Positions 10,010 through 18,703 of a DNA stretch of 64,000 nt are shown here, piece after piece. The position numbers and the translations under genes were made by a program. The stretch's first letter is position 1; each line of letters begins with the position of its first letter. The notes beneath the pieces were generated by a model, which was given only the letters and a program-made list of their open reading frames with translations, was not told where the DNA came from and ran no database searches. This DNA is from an uncultured Candidatus Saccharibacteria bacterium (lineage in GTDB: Bacteria; Patescibacteriota; Minisyncoccia; Phycocordibacterales; UBA918): the NCBI GenBank assembly GCA_964399295.1, contig CAYNQD010000001.1, positions 527,672 to 591,671 of the forward strand, in the 5' to 3' direction.

Positions 10010-11158
10010 ATGAGCGATACAACATCTATTATTTTCCTAATTTCAATTGTAGTTTCCGCTATTATTGTGTTTAGTCCTTATGTTCTAAGGTTTTGGAAGA
10101 ATTCAGCCGAAATTCAAACTACTGTTACTACAATGGGTATTGTCGGTACTTTTGTTGGTATCCTCATCAGTCTCTCTAATTTTGACGTAGAGAATATTAG
10201 CACTACCATTCCACAACTTATTGGTGGATTAAAACTTGCTTTCATTACCTCGGTTGCTGGTATTGGTACTGCACTTGTAACCAGTCTTTTTCCTAGACTC
10301 TACCTGATCAAAGCGGAAGTTGTTGATGAAAATCTTTCTGACACTGACCTACTGCGAGCAATACATGGAGAACTACAAAAACTCAATAACAATATTTCAG
10401 GTGATGATGAATCAACTCTTATATACCAGATACAAAAAATGAGGATAAGTATTGTTGATAAGCAAGACGAGCTCAAAAAAGCTTTTGATGAGTTTGCTAG
10501 CCAAATGGCAAAGAATAATATTGAACAGTTAATTGAAGCTATCAATAAAGTGATGGAGGATTTCAATGCCAAAATTAACGATCAGCTTGGTCAAAGCTTT
10601 AAGGAACTTAGTGATTCCGTTCGGTCACTAGTTGAGTGGCAACAAAACTATATAACTACAGTACAAGAAGCCACTGGAGCATTGGGGGCAGCACAAGAGA
10701 GTCTCAAGAATTCGTCAGACAGCCTTACAAATACATCCGATAAGGTTTCTGAGATTGCAGAAAATAATAAGAATATATCTGAGGTAAATCAAGAGCTTAA
10801 GGTCGTTGTCGAAAATTTGAACCAAATGCTTGAGTCAACTGTTGGGTTCTCACAAAATATGAAAGTTCTAGCTGAAAGTCTGAGTGGAAGCGGAGATACA
10901 ATTCGAACTGAAATTAAATCTCTTGTAGAAGAAAGTATACTAAACATGCAGACTCACGCAGAAGATATTTCAAAGAATATAAACGCTATTTCGGATACAG
11001 CGATGAAGAATATGCAAGAGAAAAATACTGAAACCCTACAAAACTTTGAAGAGATTAATCAGAAGACACTTCAAGACTTCGGCGGTCATTTAGCTAGTAT
11101 TGCTGGGAAGATGACTGATGACTTCAGACGTGTTCAGGAGGCCTTGTCTATTAAATAG
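10010..11158 (+). CDS. MotA/TolQ/ExbB-like proton-channel protein with a long C-terminal coiled-coil tail (ZorA-like)
   Basis: 382 aa with three N-terminal TM helices. MGIVGTFVGIL and LKLAFITSVAGIGTALV match the MotA/ExbB TM3-TM4 signatures (LGTVxG ... A.TT..Gl). Residues about 110-382 are heptad-like, Glu/Lys/Gln/Asn/Leu-rich coiled coil. Confidence 0.6.
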   Translation: MSDTTSIIFLISIVVSAIIVFSPYVLRFWKNSAEIQTTVTTMGIVGTFVGILISLSNFDVENISTTIPQLIGGLKLAFITSVAGIGTALVTSLFPRLYLIKAEVVDENLSDTDLLRAIHGELQKLNNNISGDDESTLIYQIQKMRISIVDKQDELKKAFDEFASQMAKNNIEQLIEAINKVMEDFNAKINDQLGQSFKELSDSVRSLVEWQQNYITTVQEATGALGAAQESLKNSSDSLTNTSDKVSEIAENNKNISEVNQELKVVVENLNQMLESTVGFSQNMKVLAESLSGSGDTIRTEIKSLVEESILNMQTHAEDISKNINAISDTAMKNMQEKNTETLQNFEEINQKTLQDFGGHLASIAGKMTDDFRRVQEALSIK

Positions 11159-11166
11159 AATTACAT

Positions 11167-12258
11167 ATGGGAAATAGAGAATTTGAAGAAGCGATAGCAA
11201 ACATCTCAAGTTCTTTTTCTCTGAGTAAAGAAAAAATAGGTGCTCTAAGTGTGAATTGGAAGTTGCTACCAAAAGAGTTGGTTGTAATTGCCGGTAAATT
11301 TGATCGTGGTGAACCAATCTCCGATGCAGAAATTCTTGAGTATAAAAAGGTTTGGAGATCAGACGATCCTCTCATTGATGAAAATGGGAAGCCTTTTGTG
11401 TTTTATATTCATGACTTTGCTAACTCACACTGGGGTAAGCCAAATCGAGTATTTCATGTAGCTTGGTGCACTACGCTTGAGCGGATGGATAATAACGGGC
11501 GTAAAGCAAGGTATGTAAAGAAAGGAGATCTAGATAATAATGATTTTACTGTTGACTATGGTGAAGGGAAAAAAGGTATCGAACACCTACCTGCCTGTAT
11601 AAATTGCCGAACTAAAATGCAGGGCATTGTCGCTCCATCCGATCTTTATTACGAGCGCGATGATATGGATATCAGGAAATTCTTTAATATGTACGGCAGA
11701 CAGGATCTGCTAGACGTAAGCAATCCAATGTACCCAGTTGATTACCCAGCGAACTGGAATCAAATTTCATTGTCTTTACGAGAAAGAGCTAACTGGACAT
11801 GTAGCTCGTGCGGTCTGGATTGTTCTACAAATAAAAATCTACTACACGTACATCACAAAGATGGTAGAAGAGGCGTGGTTCATGCTGGTAATTTAGAAGT
11901 TGTCTGTGTTGATTGTCATAGTAAAAAATTTGGACATTCACACATGCGTACTGGTGTTTCTTCATCTAAGAATAGAATCGTATTTACTCCTAAACAATCT
12001 ACAACTGAGACTGTAAAAGTTCCTGCTTTCACTAATGAAAATACAGTGACTAGAGTTTCAAGTTCTCAACAAAATAAACTAGATAGTTTTATAGCTAATC
12101 CAGATAGGTATGCAACTGGCTCAGAAAAGACAAAACTTAAAGTGAGAGAAGCTCAAGAAACATTTAATCTAATCAAAGAGAGTCTAAGTAAAGCAGAACA
12201 AAACAAGTTTTATGACGCTCTAAAAACTTATCAAAGAACTTTAAAAGACCGATTATGA
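11167..12258 (+). CDS. HNH endonuclease-domain protein (ZorE-like position)
   Basis: 363 aa. CSSCGLDCSTNKNLLHVHHKDGRRGVVHAGNLEVVCVDCHSK is an HNH motif with paired Cys and His-His. Its stop overlaps the next gene's start (ATGA). Confidence 0.7.
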   Translation: MGNREFEEAIANISSSFSLSKEKIGALSVNWKLLPKELVVIAGKFDRGEPISDAEILEYKKVWRSDDPLIDENGKPFVFYIHDFANSHWGKPNRVFHVAWCTTLERMDNNGRKARYVKKGDLDNNDFTVDYGEGKKGIEHLPACINCRTKMQGIVAPSDLYYERDDMDIRKFFNMYGRQDLLDVSNPMYPVDYPANWNQISLSLRERANWTCSSCGLDCSTNKNLLHVHHKDGRRGVVHAGNLEVVCVDCHSKKFGHSHMRTGVSSSKNRIVFTPKQSTTETVKVPAFTNENTVTRVSSSQQNKLDSFIANPDRYATGSEKTKLKVREAQETFNLIKESLSKAEQNKFYDALKTYQRTLKDRL

Positions 12259-13757
12259 TTCTCACAAAAACAGACTTTTTGATTTCTAAAGGATGTAATA
12301 AAAATGCTTGGCTGAAAGTACATAAGCCTGATGTCTATAGAAAAAAAGAACTATCGGCCTTTGAATTGAACATTATCGATACAGGTAATGAAATTGATGA
12401 ACTGGCGAGACAATTGTTCCCGGGTGGTGTTTTAGTTGAAGATCGTCATGATGCCACTCTTACTCAAGAGCTAATTGCTAATCGTACTCCCGTTATATAT
12501 CAGCCTGTATTTATAACTGATAAGTACTCAGCAATCGCTGACATCATTGTCTGGAACAATAATACAGAGGCGTACGACTTATACGAAGTAAAGTCCTCTA
12601 CTGCTACCCATGAAGGAGAAGGCGGCCGTCGAGCTGAAGAGTACAAAAATGACGTCGCGTTCCAGAAGGTTGTAATGGATACGTTATCTATTCCTGTCGG
12701 TAAGTTACATCTAGTTCGTCTAGATAAATCTTATGTTCGCTCTGGAGAGCTTTCAATTCAAAAGCTTTTCATAACTAAAGAAATTACGGAAGATGTAGAG
12801 GAGATTGTGTCTGATATAGAAGGTCAAATGGCAGGCGTTCATGAATATATTAATCGTGAGCAAGAGCCAACTGGTCATTGTGACTGCTGGGTGAAATCTA
12901 AGAGCAATCACTGTACAACTTTCTGGTATTCAAATCCTGATATTCCCGACTACTCTGTCCATCAAATTTCTAGAATTGGTAATAGTCCTACAAAGCTCAC
13001 TGTATTGATTGAGAGTGAAATCATAGATATCCATAAGGTCCCTCACGATTTTGAACTCTCCGATAATCAAAGGCGTCAGGTGGATGTGGCTCAGTCAGGT
13101 AGAACTGTCATCGATTCCGAGGGTGTCGATACTTTTCTTGAACGACTGGAATACCCACTAGCTTTTATTGATTACGAAACATTTCCTTCTGCAGTGCCAA
13201 GATACTCAGGCTATCATCCTTACCAACAAATACCTTTTCAGTTCTCGCTACATATCATTGAAGAAGAAGGTGGTGAAATGACTCATGCTGAATTTCTGCA
13301 TACAGAAAATTCAAATCCAGACGAAAGATTTGTAGAGGCCATAAAAGAACATTTACCACCTACGGGGACTGTTCTTGTTTGGAGTCAAAAGTTTGAGAAA
13401 GGTATCAATAATCAGGTTGCTGAAAGACTGCCTCAGTATCAAGAATTTATCACTAGCGTGCAAGATAGAATCGTTGACCTAATTGAGCCATTTGATGGAA
13501 AAACCGCAGTGTATTGGCATCCAGATTTTCTTGGAAAGTCATCTATCAAATTCGTTTTACCTGCCCTTGTGCCTAAACTTTCATATAAAGAACTAGAGAT
13601 ACAAGAAGGTGGTGCCGCTGCTGATACATGGAACAGAATCGTGTCTGGCGAATATTCAGATGAAGAGGCTCAGCGAAAGATAACTGCACTCCTAAAGTAT
13701 TGTCACTTGGACACTTTGGCGATGGTTGAGATATGGAAGGTGCTCAAGCGGTCATAA
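12255..13757 (+). CDS. Fusion of a Cas4/RecB-like PD-(D/E)xK nuclease (with a Cys cluster) and a DnaQ/DEDD-like 3'-5' exonuclease (DUF2779-like)
   Basis: 500 aa. The N-terminal half has ADIIV...YDLYEVKSS (D...E-V-K) and a GHCDCWVKSKSNHC Cys cluster like the Cas4 Fe-S cluster. The C-terminal half has AFIDYETF, which matches the DnaQ Exo I motif D-x-E-T. The 4-bp start/stop overlap with the HNH gene suggests translational coupling. Confidence 0.5.
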   Translation: MILTKTDFLISKGCNKNAWLKVHKPDVYRKKELSAFELNIIDTGNEIDELARQLFPGGVLVEDRHDATLTQELIANRTPVIYQPVFITDKYSAIADIIVWNNNTEAYDLYEVKSSTATHEGEGGRRAEEYKNDVAFQKVVMDTLSIPVGKLHLVRLDKSYVRSGELSIQKLFITKEITEDVEEIVSDIEGQMAGVHEYINREQEPTGHCDCWVKSKSNHCTTFWYSNPDIPDYSVHQISRIGNSPTKLTVLIESEIIDIHKVPHDFELSDNQRRQVDVAQSGRTVIDSEGVDTFLERLEYPLAFIDYETFPSAVPRYSGYHPYQQIPFQFSLHIIEEEGGEMTHAEFLHTENSNPDERFVEAIKEHLPPTGTVLVWSQKFEKGINNQVAERLPQYQEFITSVQDRIVDLIEPFDGKTAVYWHPDFLGKSSIKFVLPALVPKLSYKELEIQEGGAAADTWNRIVSGEYSDEEAQRKITALLKYCHLDTLAMVEIWKVLKRS

Positions 13758-13779
13758 GTCGTCTGTTATTATATTAAGT

Positions 13780-14442
13780 ATGGAATTTTCTACATCAAAC
13801 ATCATCAAAGGAATACTCTCAGGCATGTGGGAGATGAAAGAGCTATATTTCACGATGATTGGTGTAGCACTGCTCGCACTCGCACTTCGAGTGATGATTG
13901 ACCTCATGAGTCGGCGAAGTAAGATCAAATGGTTTTTAGGAAAGAAGCAAGTGCAAGATCTTCAGAAACTTACCCCTACACAATTTGAAGAATATATCGC
14001 AGTACTTTTTAAATCTCTTGGCTATGAAACTAGAGTTACGGGTGGCAAGGGTGACGGTGGTGTAGATGTTCAAGCTGAAAAAGACGGTCATGTTCACTAC
14101 ATCCAGTGTAAGAAATTCATCACCTCAAAAGTGCCAGTCAGTGCGGTACGTGATTTTTATGGAGCCATTGCAGATCGAGTAGATGGAGGAAAAGGGTATT
14201 TTATTACCACCAACGTTTTCACTCTTGATGCTGAGAAGTTTGCTGAGGATAAACCAATTGAACTCATCGACAAGTTTAAGTTAATGGAGTACATGCAGAT
14301 GGTGGATGCTGATATTCCTGAAGTAAAAGCGTCAGTTTGTCCAAAATGTGGAAGTGAGCTAGTGAGACGTCGAGGCAAGTATGGTGCTTTTCTAGGCTGT
14401 AGCACATATCCAGATTGTGACTATACAGAGAAACTTACCTAA
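13780..14442 (+). CDS. Mrr-family restriction endonuclease with a C-terminal topoisomerase-type C4 zinc ribbon and an N-terminal TM segment
   Basis: FEEYIAVLFKSLGYETRVTGGKGDGGVDVQAEKDGHVHYIQCKKF matches the Mrr_cat core (GxxDxGxD...QxK). The C-terminus is CPKCGSELVRRRGKYGAFLGCSTYPDCDY. The ORF track start at 13726 overlaps the previous gene, so the Met at 13780 is used here. Confidence 0.65.
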   Translation: MEFSTSNIIKGILSGMWEMKELYFTMIGVALLALALRVMIDLMSRRSKIKWFLGKKQVQDLQKLTPTQFEEYIAVLFKSLGYETRVTGGKGDGGVDVQAEKDGHVHYIQCKKFITSKVPVSAVRDFYGAIADRVDGGKGYFITTNVFTLDAEKFAEDKPIELIDKFKLMEYMQMVDADIPEVKASVCPKCGSELVRRRGKYGAFLGCSTYPDCDYTEKLT

Positions 14443-15914
14443 GTTCGTAGTTTACTCAACTCCTCGGTAAATACTTCTAGACCCTCATTCTGTTTTGGAA
14501 TGAGGTTTTGTATTGTAATACTTGGGTCAGGTAGGAATGTTTGTATTGGGTACTTAATATTTCTTTTAGTATAAATAACCTCTTGTATATGGTCATCTGT
14601 GTGCCGCAGGTAAAAATTTAGAGTATTGATGGAGTCTGAAATTTCAGCAAGTTGGTTTAATACTTTCTCACTCAAGTCCTCTCCAACGATTTCTGACATT
14701 CTCTCAGCAATAGCCTTGAAAGCTAGTAGATGACTGTAGCTCTCAAATACTGACGATTCATGGACTAGAAAAGCTGGATAACTGTACATCATTAAGTCAG
14801 TAATTTGATTTTGATAATCATTCACAAACGGTAGTTGTATATTTGATTGCACAAGACTTTCTCCAGTTATAAAAGTCTTGTTGAGACACACTTCAAAAAA
14901 CTTAGTCGGGCATTCTTTAAGTACTAGGTCACCAGTAGAAATATATTGCTGTAGCAGATTAACTGTTTTATCTTTAGCCTTTATCCAGCGTCGCATAATT
15001 TCATCGTGTCTGAGTTCAGTTTCGCCTTCGAAAGTCAGATGCCCCTCGCTGTTACACAGCGGTGTATATTCATCAAAAAATAGACCTTCACGTATGGAGT
15101 CCCGAACAATACCCTCAAGCTTGTATTTCAGATCAGGGAGCTTAGCCAGTTCAGCATGAAGCTCGTCTTCAGTTTTGAATAAAATATTGTTTCGACTAGC
15201 TAATCGTTTCCCGAAGTTAAGTAAAGGATAGCCAGCAAAGTGGGTTTTAAAGATAACCTCTTTAACGCTTATTTTCACCACACTAAAATTAGCCTCTTGC
15301 CCCCAAGGGATTGAGTCGATAACTATCTTAGTAAGAACGTCTACTTCTTTTTCTGAGAGTGACTGCTTACCAGTAAGGATACGAGCTAGTTGCTCTTCAG
15401 CTAAAAAGTATGAGTGGTCTGATGTTACAGAAGGATCGAGTAGTAATATATCTTGCTGAAGTTTCTTAGGTAATGAATAGAATGTATACAGATGCACCAG
15501 TCTGTCGTATTCAAAGCCAGAGTGCTGTAAAAAGAAGTCACGAAACTCTTTAGTGTGATCATCCGGGATCACTCGACTAAGAAAATGCTTACGTTGCTTT
15601 GGGCTATCCCTTTTGTAGTAAAACATTTGGGCGATCTGCTCCAAGCGAGCAATAGATAGCTGCGATACCAAGTATGAGGTCTGCATATCTATTTCTAGTC
15701 GGCCGAACATATTCCAGACCTCTAGATATTTGTTGTACTGCTCAGCCTCTCTATAATCACGAGGTTTCCAACTCGTTGTCAGGGCTACGATATCGGCTTC
15801 AGTAACAAGACCCTTCCCAGTCTTCCGCTCATGAGCTTCATTTCGTATCACTAACAAAACTCGCTCCCGAGGGGTCAGGTTTCCTTTAGCCAGTAGTTTT
15901 GTAATATCTTTCAT
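14439..15914 (-). CDS. Hypothetical protein (last gene of the minus-strand accessory operon)
   Basis: 491-aa ORF with no recognisable motif. It converges on the plus-strand defence operon, and the stops are 4 bp apart. Confidence 0.45.
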   Translation of the reverse strand: MKDITKLLAKGNLTPRERVLLVIRNEAHERKTGKGLVTEADIVALTTSWKPRDYREAEQYNKYLEVWNMFGRLEIDMQTSYLVSQLSIARLEQIAQMFYYKRDSPKQRKHFLSRVIPDDHTKEFRDFFLQHSGFEYDRLVHLYTFYSLPKKLQQDILLLDPSVTSDHSYFLAEEQLARILTGKQSLSEKEVDVLTKIVIDSIPWGQEANFSVVKISVKEVIFKTHFAGYPLLNFGKRLASRNNILFKTEDELHAELAKLPDLKYKLEGIVRDSIREGLFFDEYTPLCNSEGHLTFEGETELRHDEIMRRWIKAKDKTVNLLQQYISTGDLVLKECPTKFFEVCLNKTFITGESLVQSNIQLPFVNDYQNQITDLMMYSYPAFLVHESSVFESYSHLLAFKAIAERMSEIVGEDLSEKVLNQLAEISDSINTLNFYLRHTDDHIQEVIYTKRNIKYPIQTFLPDPSITIQNLIPKQNEGLEVFTEELSKLRT

Positions 15915-15916
15915 AG

Positions 15917-16123
15917 TTACTTTCTTTGAGTAAGCATTTGTTCCAGTACATCGATACGCTGTTTGAGTTCCATGTTAGTAATGTTTTTAGACAAGGCTAA
16001 CGCTATTCGAGATATGACCTGAGCCCGCTTAGGTGAAATCTTTCTAGCGGCTACTTGGAGCAGGGCATCAGAGAGGATTTCATTAACTTCAGCTAAGTTT
16101 AGTGTTTTCTTTATTTCTTTCAT
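15917..16123 (-). CDS. Small hypothetical protein
   Basis: 68 aa. It is tightly packed between flanking genes in the same orientation. Confidence 0.35.
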   Translation of the reverse strand: MKEIKKTLNLAEVNEILSDALLQVAARKISPKRAQVISRIALALSKNITNMELKQRIDVLEQMLTQRK

Positions 16124-16126
16124 AAG

Positions 16127-16513
16127 CTAAAAGTTTTCAATTATTTCAAACCAAGTTTTTACCTCCTTTGATTTACCGTGCTTGGTAGCATTTTTATACA
16201 AGGCCAACACTACGTTTGGTGTCAGTTTTCTGGCCCATGTATAGGTATGTTCAAGCAAGCCCTCGTCTTCAATCCGTTTATTCCAGTCAGTGAGTGTACC
16301 TAGGTCTTTGACGTTGTAGTGTGAAGCAAAGTCTTTTTGAGTTTTTATCTGCAATAGCTCAATGGTGATGTCGTCATCAATACCCATCTTTCTTAGTACA
16401 GCATCAGGCTGACCTCGCAGGAATGTCGGTAGTGATTTCCACGTCACATACGCCGCAAAGTCCTGTTTGCGATATACACCAGTATTTCTTTTTTCATTAT
16501 GATGCTCGCTCAT
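16127..16513 (-). CDS. Hypothetical protein (phage-like small protein)
   Basis: 128 aa. It overlaps the upstream methyltransferase gene by 17 nt. Confidence 0.4.
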   Translation of the reverse strand: MSEHHNEKRNTGVYRKQDFAAYVTWKSLPTFLRGQPDAVLRKMGIDDDITIELLQIKTQKDFASHYNVKDLGTLTDWNKRIEDEGLLEHTYTWARKLTPNVVLALYKNATKHGKSKEVKTWFEIIENF

Positions 16514-17270
16514 GCTTTGTGATTAATACTCGCTTCTGCTTCGTCAGCTCTTCTAGTCGCTTTAGACAGATTTCTACATACTCAGAGTCCTGTTCAATTC
16601 CAATACAAACGCGACCTAACTGAGCACAAGCAACAGCGGTACTTCCGCTTCCTAAGAATCCGTCATACACGACATCGCCAATACTGGTGACGTTTTGAAT
16701 TAGTTTCCGTAGTAGGCCAATCGGTTTTTGCGTAGGGTGGAGCTTTGACTTCTGTGGTCGAGGATGGAATATGGCACTGCTCATTTGAGCTTTTACTCGC
16801 TTGTGCTTTTTATACCAACCATAAGCAATAAGCTCTTGCTGAGGCAGATAGTCCATACGACCCATTACCGATTGGTTTTTGACCCATATCAGCATCTGAC
16901 TGAAATGTAGTCCTGCGGTGTACATGCCAGTTCTAAGAGCCAGAAACATGCTGTCGCAGTTAAAGATATGGAAGGTGTTGTATGGGTTCAGATGTGGCAA
17001 AACGGCCTCGATCCATGACTGAGTAAACCGAGCGTACTCATATTCACTTTGTATATGGTCACCCTTAATCACTTTGGCGTTTTTCTTACCAAGTTCAGCT
17101 ACGCCTACTTTATTCTCCACGTACGCTACTCCATAAGGCGGATCGGTCACAACTGATTGAATCTTTTTGGTACCAATAACCATCGCTACAAAATCTTTGT
17201 TAAGTGAGTCGCCACAGGCAACCACATGTTCGCCAACAGAGTAGATTTCTCCTGTAGTTATAGATTTCAT
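16497..17270 (-). CDS. DNA methyltransferase (beta-class N6-adenine or N4-cytosine)
   Basis: The catalytic motif is SVVTDPPYGVAY (DPPY). The SAM-binding region is HPTQKP...DGFLGSGST. This motif order is typical of beta-class amino-methyltransferases. Confidence 0.8.
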   Translation of the reverse strand: MKSITTGEIYSVGEHVVACGDSLNKDFVAMVIGTKKIQSVVTDPPYGVAYVENKVGVAELGKKNAKVIKGDHIQSEYEYARFTQSWIEAVLPHLNPYNTFHIFNCDSMFLALRTGMYTAGLHFSQMLIWVKNQSVMGRMDYLPQQELIAYGWYKKHKRVKAQMSSAIFHPRPQKSKLHPTQKPIGLLRKLIQNVTSIGDVVYDGFLGSGSTAVACAQLGRVCIGIEQDSEYVEICLKRLEELTKQKRVLITKHERAS

Positions 17271-18550
17271 ATTCGCTTAGCAGTTAGCTTGGTAAATTTC
17301 TCCCAGCGGTCAATGATGATGCTCGCGAATACGGGGTCTTGCTCTACTCCAAACCAGACACGTCGCAATTGCTCGCAAGCAATCAAATCACTACCACTAC
17401 CACCAAAACCAGAGAAGACAACGTGACCTGGAGCAGTACATCGCTTGAGTGGCTTTTCGTTTAGACCAACAGGCTTCTGGGTTGGGTGGAGGTAACTTTG
17501 CACATCATCTCGCTTCACTATCCAAAGATCGATCATGTCTAAGAGCTCGTTGTGGAGCTGGTTGCCAGTGGTGACTTCCTGATTAAGAATTTCATTTACG
17601 TTCTTAAGATTCTGGTTTAGGTAGGCTTTACCTGTCGTGCCATAGATTGCGGGCTCATGTACTCGGTTAAACGCAACCTTCGGCGTCATATTCTGATTAT
17701 TCTTTACCCAGTAACAGATTCGTCTGAAGAGTATCTTGTGTTGTTTATACAGTGCTTGAATTTCTCCCACGTACTTAGCGTCACACCAGTACAGATAGTG
17801 AGAATCGGCATGAGCTATTACTTTAGCTGTACTGATACTTGCTTCAATAAATGCATAGTACTCAGCATCACTCATCGAGTCTTTTTTACTAGAGTACTGA
17901 CCCCCGTATTCCTTAGTGTTACTAATTCCTTTGTTATATGAAAGCCCAATGTTATAGGGCATATCTTGAAAGATGAAGTGGGCTTTTGTTTCGCCCATAA
18001 ACGTTGATACGAGCTCTTTATCAGTAGAGTCTCCAACAAGTAGGCGATGTTCTCCTAATTGCCACACTTCGCCAGCCTTTGCTCGGGGTTCAACCATCTC
18101 TTCAATTGCTTTGTCGACATCGTATTCATCTTCAGCTAATTCAACGTCATCGAAGAAGTCTTGTATTTCGTCATCTTCAAATCCAACATCCAGAAGAACT
18201 GATAGATCGAAGTTCTTCAAAAGCTCTTCGTCCCATGAGCCAGTATTCTTGTTGAGCCTAAGATTCAGCTCACGCTCTTCTTCGAGTGACAGTTCCCGAG
18301 AAGGGATCATGCATTCGACTGTCTTGTACCCTAGGTCAGCGTAGATTTTTATTCTCTGCTCGCCCCCGATGATGACATCAGCCCGTGAATCAATATTGAG
18401 AACTACTGGCACTACTGCACCAAATGTCTCAATCGATTTCTGTAGGTCTTGTTTTTGGTTACCGCTAACTTTACGTGGATTGTATTCGTTAGGTGTAAGG
18501 TCTTGCACCTTACGAGTAGCGGATGACCACGTTATCTTTTTTGTTTTCAT
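17267..18550 (-). CDS. ParB-like nuclease domain fused to a DNA methyltransferase
   Basis: The N-terminus (TPNEYNPRKVSGNQKQDLQKSIETFGAVVPVVLN) is a ParB/Srx-like domain. The C-terminus has FQDMPYN (a DPPY variant) and HPTQKPVGL...SGFGGSGS methyltransferase motifs. There is a 4-bp overlap with the downstream methyltransferase gene. Confidence 0.75.
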   Translation of the reverse strand: MKTKKITWSSATRKVQDLTPNEYNPRKVSGNQKQDLQKSIETFGAVVPVVLNIDSRADVIIGGEQRIKIYADLGYKTVECMIPSRELSLEEERELNLRLNKNTGSWDEELLKNFDLSVLLDVGFEDDEIQDFFDDVELAEDEYDVDKAIEEMVEPRAKAGEVWQLGEHRLLVGDSTDKELVSTFMGETKAHFIFQDMPYNIGLSYNKGISNTKEYGGQYSSKKDSMSDAEYYAFIEASISTAKVIAHADSHYLYWCDAKYVGEIQALYKQHKILFRRICYWVKNNQNMTPKVAFNRVHEPAIYGTTGKAYLNQNLKNVNEILNQEVTTGNQLHNELLDMIDLWIVKRDDVQSYLHPTQKPVGLNEKPLKRCTAPGHVVFSGFGGSGSDLIACEQLRRVWFGVEQDPVFASIIIDRWEKFTKLTAKRI

Positions 18551-18703
18551 AAGACTTATATTTAGGCACGTTGTTATACGTGTTAAGTCTTATGGTGGCA
18601 CCTAAAAATCAACCTCCAAAATGGAGGAAATTGGAGGAAACTTTAGAAAAGGTAGAGTACGTTTAGAGTATTTGAGGCTTATCCACAGCCATTTTCCTCC
18701 ACG

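Noticed and set aside
9296-11158. Interpreting the TM protein pair as an ExbD/ExbB or TolR/TolQ energy transducer
   Set aside because: The B-like protein has a full C-terminal OmpA-type peptidoglycan-binding domain and a MotB-like plug/TM signature, and ExbD and TolR lack this. The A-like protein has a 270-residue coiled-coil tail that ExbB, TolQ and MotA lack. There are no TonB, Pal or flagellar genes nearby, and the context is nucleases.
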